64,000 nucleotides of DNA from an uncultured Pseudomonadota bacterium (GTDB taxonomy: Bacteria > Oederibacteriota > Muellerivitia > Muellerivitales > Muellerivitaceae): assembly GCA_963843375.1 (NCBI GenBank), contig CAWJKT010000013.1:32610-96609 (forward strand). The letters are read 5' to 3'. Both the position numbers and the translations under genes were made by a program. How positions within the stretch are numbered: the stretch's first letter is position 1; each line of letters starts with the position of its first letter. The notes beneath the pieces were generated by a model. It was not told the origin of the DNA, did no database searches, and was given only the letters and a program-made list of their open reading frames with translations. Positions 11,315 through 21,376 of this stretch are shown here, piece after piece.

Positions 11315-12675
11315 TTAAATACTCTGAGGCTTTGGCGTTCTTTTCGAACATCAAAAATCATTTTGGTAATAACCACGGCGGTAAAGAGGCTCAACGCCAC
11401 ACCCAAACTTAAGTTGACTGCAAAGCCCTTAATGGGGCCGGTCCCAAATTGAAACAAGAAAATCGCCGAGATCAAAGTGGTAACATGCGTATCAATAATG
11501 GCCTGCAATGCCCGTTTATAACCCGCATCAATGGCGGCCTGGGTTGTTTTTCCTGCCCTTAATTCCTCACGAATTCTTTCGAAAATCAAAACGTTCGAAT
11601 CCACGGACAATCCCAAGGTCAGGATAATCCCCGCGATACCAGGAAGGGTAATTGTCACTTTAAGAAAAGCTAACAATCCCATGAGGTAAACCATGTTCAT
11701 GATAAGGCCTGCATTCGCGATCCAACCCGACCACCGGTAATAAATTCCCATAAAAAGAAGGACGAGCAATAGGCCATAGATGGCCGCCATTGTTCCTTTC
11801 TTCACGGAATCGGCTCCCAAAGTTGGACCCACAATGAATTGGCTGGTCACTTTTAAAGGGGCCGGCAAAGCACCCGCTTTCAATACCAGGGCCAAATCCG
11901 CAGCTTCTTCATCAGAGAAATGTCCCGTAATAATACCCGATCCGCCCGGAATACGGCTTTGGATGGTCGGAGCCGAATAAACCCGGTCGTCTAGTACGAT
12001 AGCCAATCTACGTTGAACATTGTCTCCGGTGATGATTCCGAACTGTTTCCCGCCCTCGTCATTCAACTTAAAAGCAATATGGGGGCTGCCCGTGGTCATA
12101 TCCGTTTCAACATGGGCATCCACTAAGGAGTCACCTGTCAATAACACCTTTTCGCAAAGGTACTTCTCTTCGTCCTTGCCCGGCAGATAGGTAATGCCTT
12201 CGGGAAGCTTACTGACATCAACACTGCCATCTTTTTCATTAATATATTGAGAAATTGGAATTTCAGAAACAAGACGGAACTGAAGTTGAGCGGTGGATAA
12301 GATCACGTCCCGGGCTCTTTTGGTATCGGTAAGCCCCGGCAATTGAATGACGATTCCTCCGGTCCCTTCCCTTTCCAACACCGGCTCGGTTACGCCCAAA
12401 CCATCAATGCGGTTACGAAGGATTTCCAGTGCCCGGTCCGCCGCGTCGGAAATTTCCTGTTCGCTCTTTCCTTGCATTTTATCCCGGTCAACTTCCAAAT
12501 TCATCTGGAGCCCGCCTTGGATATCCAGGCCTAATTTGAGAGAGGTGATTTTTTTCTCTTTATGGTTTTTCAACCAGGCATCTTGATCGTCCTTGGAGAT
12601 ATTAAGGAAAACGCCGTATATACAGGCGCCGGCAAAAACAATGACAATAATGCTCATCCAAGTTCGAAAACTCAC
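11315..12675 (-). CDS. secD: Protein translocase subunit SecD (terminal indel; likely true end ...QSLSI*)
   Basis: LGLDIQGG, RIDGLGVTEP, LAIVLD, GALPAPL, VGPTLG, TLPGIAG, VDSNVLIFERIREE. Confidence 0.96.
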
Positions 12676-12775
12676 TTAAAACCTTTCTTTGAACCAAACA
12701 GGGAGAAAACCCCAGATTCTTTGTAACAAACAGTGTTATGGATTTCCCACGTTGAGGCGGGTCAAAAACCGTGGC

Positions 12776-12806
12776 AGTATAAGGAAAAGTAGCGAAAAAC
12801 TGTCAA
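12776..12806 (-). promoter_or_regulatory. Putative sigma-70 promoter of secDF
   Basis: TTGACA...TATACT on minus strand; 19-nt spacer contains homopolymers. Confidence 0.45.
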
Positions 12807-12901
12807 TGCATTCATGGGCTAAAACAGACCGACTGGACCGGAAATCCCTTTGCTTCCGGGATTTAGCGCTTCACTGATAGGATTTTAAAACTTCAGAAGT
12901 A

Positions 12902-13345
12902 TTAAGACTTTGGACTAGCAATACTTCCGACTGGCAGAACTACTTTTTCAATCCCGGATTTCAAATCCTCTTCGCGATAACCAAGCCCGACCCAATTCAT
13001 GACCGCGTTTCCTTTTTGGAAGAGAATCGAATTTGGGATGGCATTAATTTTAAATGCCCTTGAGAGTCCAGGGTTTTGGTCCACATCCACCCGAACCACC
13101 TTCAATCTGCCTTTGTAATCCGAAGCCACTTGGTCAACCACGGGGCCATACATGCGGCAAGGACCGCACCAAGTTGCCCAAAAATCAACCAAAACTGGAA
13201 TGTCTGAACCCAGAACTTCTTTCTGAAAGGAAGAGTCCGTTACAACCAAAACATCCGCTTCCGAACCTTTATGAGAACAAGCACCTGAAACCAGAAAAAG
13301 CGAAAAGCCCGCAGTGAATAAAAACACTCGTAAAACATTACTCAT
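12902..13345 (-). CDS. Thioredoxin, probable lipoprotein
   Basis: Signal peptide ending LVSGAC; DFWATWCGPC. Confidence 0.88.
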   Translation of the reverse strand: MSNVLRVFLFTAGFSLFLVSGACSHKGSEADVLVVTDSSFQKEVLGSDIPVLVDFWATWCGPCRMYGPVVDQVASDYKGRLKVVRVDVDQNPGLSRAFKINAIPNSILFQKGNAVMNWVGLGYREEDLKSGIEKVVLPVGSIASPKS

Positions 13346-13352
13346 TTCGCCC

Positions 13353-13794
13353 TCAATTCGACTTCAGTACTTGATCGATTCCATTTTTTAAACCCGCTTC
13401 GGAAATTGTTCCCGCCCAACGTTTTACAACTTTTCCATGATTAAAAACCAAAATTGAAGGCAACATATCTATTCCGAATTTATGGGGAAAAACTGGATTT
13501 TCCGTCACATCAAACTTGGCGAACTTTAATTTATTTCCATAGCCGGTCGACGATTTTTTCAATTGTTGGGGAAAGACGAGCCGCAATTCACGCACCAACT
13601 TGCCCAAAAATCCACCAACACAGGCTTGGGGGACTTTATTACATTTCGGTCAAAATCAGAGTCCGTAACAACACAAACCCCGGACTTTCTTTATCTCCTC
13701 GGCTTGAAGATTAGATACCCCCATCCATAATAGGCGAATAAAAAACAAGAAAATAAACGATAAAATAAAAAACCCGAGTACTTTGTAGCTCCAA
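13353..13794 (-). CDS. Thioredoxin-like protein with hydrophobic N-terminus (indels)
   Basis: Manual translation [29 protein letters not shown], then KFAKFDV...[16 protein letters not shown]. Confidence 0.8.
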
Positions 13795-13795
13795 A

Positions 13796-14125
13796 TTAAC
13801 TTCCGATCACTTCCTGGATTTCGGTGACAAGTTTGGTTTTGGGATGGGCGCCTATCAGCTGTTTCACCATTTCCCCGTTCTTGAAAAAAAGAAGCGTGGG
13901 AATACTGCGGATATGAAAATCCATGGACACTTGCTGGTTTTCGTCCACGTTTACTTTGGCAATTTTGATCTTCCCGTCATATTCTTTCGCCAATTCATCC
14001 AAAACCGGGGCCACCATCCGGCAAGGGCCACACCATTCTGCCCAAAAATCCACTAAAACCGGGACTTTAGAGTCCAAAACATCCTTTTTAAAGTCGGCAT
14101 CTGTTGTATGAAGCGCTACGCCCAT
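13796..14125 (-). CDS. trxA: Thioredoxin
   Basis: [18 protein letters not shown]; 109 aa. Confidence 0.96.
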   Translation of the reverse strand: MGVALHTTDADFKKDVLDSKVPVLVDFWAEWCGPCRMVAPVLDELAKEYDGKIKIAKVNVDENQQVSMDFHIRSIPTLLFFKNGEMVKQLIGAHPKTKLVTEIQEVIGS

Positions 14126-14208
14126 GGCACCCTCCGTGTCATATGTTAAAGATAATGGTTTTAAAAGAAAAAGGTTACGCCCACCAGGAATCTTTATATC
14201 TTTCGGTA

Positions 14209-14237
14209 AGTTTAGGTACCCCCCTACCGGGTGTCAA
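14209..14237 (-). promoter_or_regulatory. Sigma-70 promoter of the trx cluster with a CsoR/RcnR-like operator in the spacer
   Basis: TTGACA-N17-TAAACT; spacer CCCGGTAGGGGGGTACC. Confidence 0.6.
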
Positions 14238-14320
14238 GGGACGACCACGAGGATACTCGAAGGCATGACCCGACGTGATATTCCGTTAACACTTCATGGA
14301 ACACCTCATCCAAGGTGCTT

Positions 14321-15694
14321 TTATTGTCTATTCACCCCCTTAAGGAACCTCACATCCCAAAGAGCGCCTCGCACACGCGGGGTCAACTTTGAGTCACCAT
14401 CCTCAACAATCACCACCCGCCGTCCATATCTCTCCACATAAGCTTCGTTATTGCCGCCTTTCAAGGATACCCAATATATGGTTTCATCGGATCTGCGGAA
14501 AACGTCGATTTCGTATTTTTTGTCCAACAAACTCCGATAACTCTTGAAAAAATCATCCGCCGACTCCTCACCATCAAAAATTATGTAGCCCACCATAAGA
14601 AGTTTATGGGAATCTTTATTTTCGTAAATTTGAACCGAATCCCCACGCCAACCACGCACCGAATAAAGAGCCTCTTTTTCGGGCATATATTCTTGAAGCA
14701 AGGTCTTCAAGCCATACTCTCCAAGAGTATTTTCCCAAATCTTTTCAAAACCCACGAGGACATTTGAAGACATGTCCTCAATCCGGACACCCACGGGGTT
14801 CCGGCGGTGTGGAAAAAAATCACTCGGATGAAGTATCTGATGAGTCGAGGTCGGTGGGTGTTGAAATAAATAAGCCATCCCCGGCCATCCATAAGACTTG
14901 ATATAGCTTTGTAAAAAAGCGGCTCCATAAATATACGGGAAATTGATAACCTGGTTTAACCTGGCCTCTATCCCAAAAGCCTTTTTTCCACTCTCGATTA
15001 GTAAATTATTTAGTTCAACCCAATTTGCGATATTGACGACTTTTGTGAAATCAGTATGACGGTCTTCTAAGGAATAATTCAAAGCAATGGCCACGGCTTG
15101 CCCCTCCATAACACTGGCCCTGGCAAACTGGGTATCCATAGGAAGGGATTCGCCGGTAGTTAAATATGATTGTAGGTCAAAAGACTGGTCTTGAAGGGCA
15201 TGGGTTAATTCATGGGCCAAGGTTCCCTCCAGGTCCCCAGATTTGATCCAATCGGCGATATAGAGTGTTTGGGTCTTCGGGTCATAGAGGCCTTCAACTA
15301 CCTTCATAAAGGAATCCAGGTAGGTCTGAATCAGGTCGGTGCCGGGTGATAAAAAACCAAAAAAAGTGAAAGCTTTTTCAAAAGCTATTTTCTTTTCTGA
15401 CGGGTATTGTTCCTGGAGTGCCTGAAGGTAGTAATCATGAAAAAAAGCTTTGTTCCCAAACTTTTTTTGGACGGGATATTTAATGGGTAACCCTGACAAC
15501 CGGGATACCTCAGCGAATATGGCATCTGCTTCCTGCAGGATTTCAGCTTGGTCTACTCGGTTTGCGAGAAATTCGGGAGAAACACTTGTTTCCTGTCCCC
15601 ATAAAAGCTGAGGACCCATCAAGAGGAACCCCCAAAACACATAGACGAGAGTTTTCAATGAACCTTCCGGGAGAAATTTCAGTCTCCCTCGCAT
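14321..15694 (-). CDS. Exported zincin-like metallopeptidase (HExxH)
   Basis: Signal peptide; GLYDP, LAHELTHALQDQ, EGQA, FPYIYG, GWRGD. Confidence 0.75.
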   Translation of the reverse strand: MRGRLKFLPEGSLKTLVYVFWGFLLMGPQLLWGQETSVSPEFLANRVDQAEILQEADAIFAEVSRLSGLPIKYPVQKKFGNKAFFHDYYLQALQEQYPSEKKIAFEKAFTFFGFLSPGTDLIQTYLDSFMKVVEGLYDPKTQTLYIADWIKSGDLEGTLAHELTHALQDQSFDLQSYLTTGESLPMDTQFARASVMEGQAVAIALNYSLEDRHTDFTKVVNIANWVELNNLLIESGKKAFGIEARLNQVINFPYIYGAAFLQSYIKSYGWPGMAYLFQHPPTSTHQILHPSDFFPHRRNPVGVRIEDMSSNVLVGFEKIWENTLGEYGLKTLLQEYMPEKEALYSVRGWRGDSVQIYENKDSHKLLMVGYIIFDGEESADDFFKSYRSLLDKKYEIDVFRRSDETIYWVSLKGGNNEAYVERYGRRVVIVEDGDSKLTPRVRGALWDVRFLKGVNRQ

Positions 15695-16728
15695 TAAATG
15701 ACGGGTACGGTTGGGTGATGGATCAATCTATAACTAGATTCGATTAACTCGACAGTCTTTAAACCCTCTTCACCCGAAACCCAAGGGATTTTGTTCCGAC
15801 GGATACAATCAATAAAATGCTCATAAATCGTCGGTGAGAAGCTGTCCTTATCTAAAGCGGGAAAAATCTTTCCATCCTGTTTCCGAAATTCGACTGTGAT
15901 GGGATCCCCCTTGGCTAGATTTAAGGATAGGGTCCCTTTCGTTCCAAAAAAATAATAACGGTTATGGTAGCCTGAATCCCCCCAACCGACGTTTACGGTC
16001 CCCACGGCGCCCGATTTAGAGCGCAGAAGACAAGAACAGTGAATTTCGGGGGTGGAAGTCTTCACCCCTCCGATTTGAGCCGCCGCCGCCCCTGAAATTA
16101 TCATGGATTCTCCCAATAAGAATTCCAAACTGCCGAACACATGGGGCCCCAGATCCATTAAGGCCCCTCCTCCAGATTTTTTTTTATCAAAAAACCAGTT
16201 TGCTTTTGGGCTCCAGGCCTCGGGGCCACGATGCGTTAAAGAACCCTTAAAAGCGAATATGTCCCCAATCACCTTTTTTCGGAGCAGTTTTTCAGTTGTA
16301 CGAACAGCGGGGTCAAAACGCATATTGTGATGCACCATCAAAACCTTTCCGCTTTTTTTGGCCGCTCGAATAATGTCAAGCGCCTCACCCCGGGTGACTG
16401 CCATTGGTTTTTCCACCATTACATGTTTACCTTCACGAAAAGCTTTCAAGGCAATGGAGGCATGGGTGTAATTGGGTGTGCAGATGGAAACCGCATCCAC
16501 ATGGTCGGACTCCAAAAGGTGGTTCAAATCGGTATAGATGTGGGGGATTCCATATTGAACCGCCACCTGTTTGGCATGCGCCTCCCTCAAGGAATGAACG
16601 GCCATCAATTGGCAGCCTTCGGTCTTGGCATAACCCGGCAGATGGGCTTTCAAGGCGATCTGGCCAAGGCCAATCACTCCGATTCGGATGGGACTTATCT
16701 TTTTTGAGCGTTTTTTAATCTTTTTCAT
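15694..16728 (-). CDS. Gfo/Idh/MocA oxidoreductase
   Basis: IGLGQI, CTPNYTH, GKHVMVEKP, GGGALMDLGPH. Confidence 0.93.
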   Translation of the reverse strand: MKKIKKRSKKISPIRIGVIGLGQIALKAHLPGYAKTEGCQLMAVHSLREAHAKQVAVQYGIPHIYTDLNHLLESDHVDAVSICTPNYTHASIALKAFREGKHVMVEKPMAVTRGEALDIIRAAKKSGKVLMVHHNMRFDPAVRTTEKLLRKKVIGDIFAFKGSLTHRGPEAWSPKANWFFDKKKSGGGALMDLGPHVFGSLEFLLGESMIISGAAAAQIGGVKTSTPEIHCSCLLRSKSGAVGTVNVGWGDSGYHNRYYFFGTKGTLSLNLAKGDPITVEFRKQDGKIFPALDKDSFSPTIYEHFIDCIRRNKIPWVSGEEGLKTVELIESSYRLIHHPTVPVI

Positions 16729-16918
16729 GCTCCTATTATATCGGAAAGATTGAAATTGTCTGGCGGAACATAGCTTTATCGAAGGTTAAGGATTATTAAT
16801 TTTCCCGAGGGGGCCAGTGCAGGTTTGGACTTCCAGCTTAAAAAAGAAAACTTCGTTGATCACATTGGATCCGTTTTGTTTTCAAATCCCTTAGGATTCT
16901 TAAGGTAAAACCACGGGA

Positions 16919-18868
16919 TTATTTTACAAAGATGATGTCATCAAGCCACAAATCAAAATCCTCGTCGCTAAAATCAGAATTGGGGGTGAAGGCCAAGAAA
17001 AGCACGTCAGTTAACTTGAAAGGAATCGGCCTCGCCCAGGAAGGTTGCTTGAAATCGGCGAAATTCAAAGCCACCTTCGTCCAAGTTGGTGCGCCATTGA
17101 AATCCAAGCGATAGTTGCCGTAATCCTGCACCGCCGATCGAACCAGTACCACCGAATAGAATTTTCCATTGCCCGTGGTCCAAAACTCGATTCCTTTAAA
17201 GTCGCTCAAATCCGCTGCTGATCCCGTATCGTTCAAAGTTCCAGTAAGCTCCGCGTAAGGCCAGGGGGCTCTGTTTATCCCTAAATGACCGAAGATATGG
17301 GCAGCGTACTTTTCCGATTTCGGAGCTCCCACGGAAGTGCACACGAAAGGGATAGGATTTAATACGGTTCCTAAATTACTATTATCACAATCCGCAGACC
17401 ATTTCCCTCCCAAGACGTTGGTTATTCCACCATTTTCGAAATCACCGATCACAACCCTGTCACCCGGCGCTTTAATTTTTTTTCCTACCACTTCCTTTAC
17501 CGGCAATAAATCAAGGAGTGCCCGGGCATCTTGAAATTTCCGGTCAATCCCACTCAAAGCGCACTGAATCTCCCAAAGTTTTTTTCCAAGAGCTTTAGAA
17601 TCCCCTCCCATTGGAACCGTAACATCCGGGAAGGACCCAGGATCATCGGCCTTAGCTTCATCCGTTTTACCGGCCGCAGTTAATTGGGTGCGGGCTGACT
17701 GTAGTTTTGAATAGGAATCTTTTACCATGAACCCAAGGTTTTGAATCGATTTAACCAGGCCGCTGGGAGGCATTGGGATCACGGGAGCTCCATAGGCACC
17801 TGCGATTGTATCCAAAAGGGGAGTATGTTCCCCAACCAGGTCCGCTCCCAGGTTCCAAATCATGACACCCTTAAGACCCTTTTTTGCGGCGTAAACGCAT
17901 TTAATCGCAATGGATTTTGAATCGTCATAAGAAATCACAATCCCGCCATCTATTTTTTCCAAATACGAGGCCTTCGCACTTTCGTCCCAAAAGGTCTTGT
18001 AAACCCCTTTGTCGTCTATAAGCGGTGCGATTTCGTAATACTGAACCTCCGAACCTTGCAAGTAGGAATTTCCCGAAAAGGAAACACCCATATGGGAAGT
18101 AAAAAATTCAATGCCATAAAAGGGAAGGCCCAAAACCACCTTATCTGGCGGAAGGTTGTATTGGGTTTCAAGCCGACTTAGGTCTTGATCGATACTAGTC
18201 TTACTGTCGACTTTCGGGTCCTTGGGCGGGTAAAGATTAGCGTCGTGGACTGAATGCTCACTCCATTTTCCCCCAAAGTCATAGGTCATCCAATTGATCC
18301 AATCCACTTGTTGGGCGACTTCAGCCCAGGAGATGTGCTTGCCATAGTAATCACTCGCACCCAGGGCCGTGCTTATGATCCAATTTGGGAACCGAGCCCG
18401 GAGGGATTTCATGAAGTCGGTAAAAGTGGTTTGGTCTTGTTCCGTAAGGGCCGAAGGTTCCCAATCGATATCCACTCCATCGTAGTGGTGGTCGGTAATC
18501 AATTTTTCAAGGTTATCGAAAAAGGCTTTCTTGGCGATTGGGTCCCGAGCCATTGCCAGCCAATTGTCGGCGTTGGAAGCCGCGCCCCCTAACGAGGCCA
18601 GCAATTTCACGCCATGGCCATGGGCCAGTCTTTCCAAGTCCGGTTCCCAATAGCCCCCCTGCGCCACGATGGTCCCATTAGCTTTTGGGGTAAGGAATGC
18701 CCGGATAAGGTGGGTGAAAGCATCATAATTGTAGCTTTCCGGGGGATAAATACCGTCAAACCACAAAGCCGAATAACCAACGACAAAGTGATTGGGTTTC
18801 GCCCAGGCTGGAGTCTTGGTCATAAATAAACTCAAAACGATAACAATTAGCCGCATTTTTTCGATCAT
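16919..18868 (-). CDS. Exported GH18 (chitinase-like) hydrolase with C-terminal CIA30/CBM11-like domain
   Basis: SLGG, DGVDIDWE, MTYDF, LGLPFYG, GVMIW; C-terminal DLSDFKGIEFW...FADFKQPSW...LDDI. Confidence 0.9.
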   Translation of the reverse strand: MIEKMRLIVIVLSLFMTKTPAWAKPNHFVVGYSALWFDGIYPPESYNYDAFTHLIRAFLTPKANGTIVAQGGYWEPDLERLAHGHGVKLLASLGGAASNADNWLAMARDPIAKKAFFDNLEKLITDHHYDGVDIDWEPSALTEQDQTTFTDFMKSLRARFPNWIISTALGASDYYGKHISWAEVAQQVDWINWMTYDFGGKWSEHSVHDANLYPPKDPKVDSKTSIDQDLSRLETQYNLPPDKVVLGLPFYGIEFFTSHMGVSFSGNSYLQGSEVQYYEIAPLIDDKGVYKTFWDESAKASYLEKIDGGIVISYDDSKSIAIKCVYAAKKGLKGVMIWNLGADLVGEHTPLLDTIAGAYGAPVIPMPPSGLVKSIQNLGFMVKDSYSKLQSARTQLTAAGKTDEAKADDPGSFPDVTVPMGGDSKALGKKLWEIQCALSGIDRKFQDARALLDLLPVKEVVGKKIKAPGDRVVIGDFENGGITNVLGGKWSADCDNSNLGTVLNPIPFVCTSVGAPKSEKYAAHIFGHLGINRAPWPYAELTGTLNDTGSAADLSDFKGIEFWTTGNGKFYSVVLVRSAVQDYGNYRLDFNGAPTWTKVALNFADFKQPSWARPIPFKLTDVLFLAFTPNSDFSDEDFDLWLDDIIFVK

Positions 18869-18911
18869 TAGTTTCCTATCAACTGTGATGATGGGAATAC
18901 TTTCCGTTTTA

Positions 18912-19664
18912 CTACTTCAAAAGTTCTAAATCATCGATTTTAAAATCATAATCCGCGTCGTTTAAACCAGGAGCGAAAGCGATGTTCTTCACATCGTCGA
19001 ACTTTCTTTCTAATTTCGAACCCCAATCCGGCTGAGCGAATTTTTCAAAAGAAATAGTGATCTGCGTCCATTTTTTTGGCGAAACAAAATGGGCCTCAAA
19101 ATCGGCAAAATCCTTAACGGAAGTCTTTTGAAAGCGAATTAAATGATCCTTGCCATCTCCCATGGTGTAAAACCGGATCGCTTTATAAGCGCTCAAATCC
19201 ATGGGCTCTCCATTGTTACCCATCGCCAAAGTAAGGGTGGCCCAAGCCCAGGGTTCCTCATTGGGACCCAAGTGGCCCTTCATCCCGGCGCAATAACCTG
19301 GAGACTTAGGGGATCCACCTTTAAGGCGAGTATAAGGGTCCGGCGCAATGGTCGTTCCCATCTTGTTTTGATCGCAACCTTCCCACCAGGAAGTCCCCAA
19401 CGCGGGCGTTTCCTTCTCGAAATCATCCACCTTGATGACTTCGCTTGTTTCGGAAACGGAGGAATCATTGTTGGAATAGTCGGAAGAATTCGATCTGATT
19501 TTCGCTTGAAGATCCGATATTTGTTTCTTGAGTTTGACTATTTCGGTTTTCAGTTGATCGGGAGTCCAGCCTTTATAGGCATCGTCCTCAGCTCGAAGCA
19601 ACCCAGTCGTAAATGCGAAGCCTATCACAAGCATCCAAAACGTCTTTTTCATGGTTTTCTCCAT
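18912..19664 (-). CDS. Exported CIA30/CBM11-like protein with N-terminal coiled coil
   Basis: Signal peptide, heptad helix, DLSAYKAIRF...FAQPDW...IDDLEL. Confidence 0.75.
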   Translation of the reverse strand: MEKTMKKTFWMLVIGFAFTTGLLRAEDDAYKGWTPDQLKTEIVKLKKQISDLQAKIRSNSSDYSNNDSSVSETSEVIKVDDFEKETPALGTSWWEGCDQNKMGTTIAPDPYTRLKGGSPKSPGYCAGMKGHLGPNEEPWAWATLTLAMGNNGEPMDLSAYKAIRFYTMGDGKDHLIRFQKTSVKDFADFEAHFVSPKKWTQITISFEKFAQPDWGSKLERKFDDVKNIAFAPGLNDADYDFKIDDLELLK

Positions 19665-19763
19665 CCGGGTTCAAGATGAAATTAAAAACATCATATCAGG
19701 TCAATGGCAAAGTCCAAAAAGCTGTTTCTTTTCACTCTTCCCTGAGGCTATGATTATTTCGAG

Positions 19764-21368
19764 GTGTTTATGCCCTTGCGATTACTACAGGTTTTTATCA
19801 CCCTATTATTCTTTTTTACCCACCCACTCTTTATCCACCCCCAGGACAACCCCGCTTCACTTTCTGAGCGTCAAAAAGAACTCCAAGTTTTAAACCGCAT
19901 AACTTTTGGACCCCGGACAATCGATTTAGACCATATCGAGAAAATCGGGATCCAATCCTTCATTACCGAACAGCTGAATCCCGATAAAATCGATGATTCA
20001 GCCTGTGAAAAAGACCTAAAGAAATTTGATCTTATTGACAAATCCACTGAAGACCTAATGACCCTTTTCCCCGACCCCGCCAATCCTATTCGGCGACCCG
20101 AGTTGAGGGGGAAAATTAGAGACAAGCAATCCGCCGACGAGGCTTATCACAACATTGAAAAAATGGGCCTGGAATTGGCCTCGGCCAAGCTCACTCGGGC
20201 CGTAGAAAGCCGGCGACAGCTCCAGGAAATCATGGTGAATTTTTGGTTCAATCATTTCAACGTGCACTTTTGGAAAAACGAGGTTCCCTGGCTGATCATT
20301 CCCTACGAAAGGGATTCCATTCGTCCCCATGTCCTGGGCAAGTTCCGCGACCTTCTTTTAGCCGTTGCCAAAAGCCCGGCGATGCTTGTGTACTTAGATA
20401 ACGCCAGCAACCATGGTAATCCCACCGGCACCGGAACTATGAAGATCAACGAAAATTATGGTCGGGAGCTTTTGGAACTTCACACCGTAGGTGTGGACGG
20501 CGGCTATACCCAGAATGACGTTATTGAAGCCGCCCGGGTTTTGACCGGTTGGGGAATCCAAGGAATGGGATATAATTCTGCCCCGATTTCGGTCGTGTTC
20601 AAATTCAAACCCTACCAACACGATGACGGTGCCAAAGTGGTCTTGGGCCATACCTTTGGGCCTGACCAGGGGGAGGCGGAAGGCGTCCAAATGATCGCCA
20701 TGCTGGCCACCCATCCTTCAACCGCCCACTTTATCTCCACAAAACTCTGCCGCCATTTCCTCAGCGACGATCCTCCGGAAGAATTGGTCAAGCGAGTAGC
20801 CGCCCGTTTCCTTGCTACTGACGGTGATATCAAAGAAACTCTCAAGGCTATTTTCGATTCTCCGGAGTTTTTCGATCCCCGATACTACAAAGTCAAGATC
20901 AAAACTCCTTTGGAGTTTGTAGCCGGAAGCCTCCGGGCTGCCGGAACCTCCATTATCGGATGGGATTCTGTTTATTGGGACCTTCAAGGCATGGGGGAAC
21001 CTCTTTATCTCTGTGAGCCTCCTAACGGCTACCCGGATGTGGCTAAAGCCTGGATTGGCTCTGGATCGCTCCTAACCCGGCTCAATTTCGCCACGGATCT
21101 CTTCAAAACTCCTTACGGAGGTTACCTGCGTACCGACTTGGATGGACTTGAGGGAAACGTTGTTTACAACGATGGCAAAACCATGTTGAACAACCTGATT
21201 CACAATTTACTTTTAGATGACATTTCCAAAACCAGTCGACAAGCCCTCGAGAATCAATTGGAAAACCCGGACATCTCCCAAGTGGCTTTGTTCGGTCATA
21301 AAAAAGGGATCGATAACAAGAAACTCGCGGCATTGGTCCTTTCGGTGCCAGAATTCCAAAAGAGGTAA
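19764..21368 (+). CDS. DUF1800 family protein
   Basis: LNRITFG, FWFNHFN, MLVYLDN, NENYGRELLELHT, KTPLEF, PEFQKR. Confidence 0.93.
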   Translation: MFMPLRLLQVFITLLFFFTHPLFIHPQDNPASLSERQKELQVLNRITFGPRTIDLDHIEKIGIQSFITEQLNPDKIDDSACEKDLKKFDLIDKSTEDLMTLFPDPANPIRRPELRGKIRDKQSADEAYHNIEKMGLELASAKLTRAVESRRQLQEIMVNFWFNHFNVHFWKNEVPWLIIPYERDSIRPHVLGKFRDLLLAVAKSPAMLVYLDNASNHGNPTGTGTMKINENYGRELLELHTVGVDGGYTQNDVIEAARVLTGWGIQGMGYNSAPISVVFKFKPYQHDDGAKVVLGHTFGPDQGEAEGVQMIAMLATHPSTAHFISTKLCRHFLSDDPPEELVKRVAARFLATDGDIKETLKAIFDSPEFFDPRYYKVKIKTPLEFVAGSLRAAGTSIIGWDSVYWDLQGMGEPLYLCEPPNGYPDVAKAWIGSGSLLTRLNFATDLFKTPYGGYLRTDLDGLEGNVVYNDGKTMLNNLIHNLLLDDISKTSRQALENQLENPDISQVALFGHKKGIDNKKLAALVLSVPEFQKR

Positions 21369-21376
21369 TACCCTTT

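Noticed and set aside
1..13800. Alternative genetic code, programmed frameshifting or mass pseudogenisation
   Set aside because: Breaks are frame changes rather than in-frame stops, hit conserved genes at random and cluster at one contig end.
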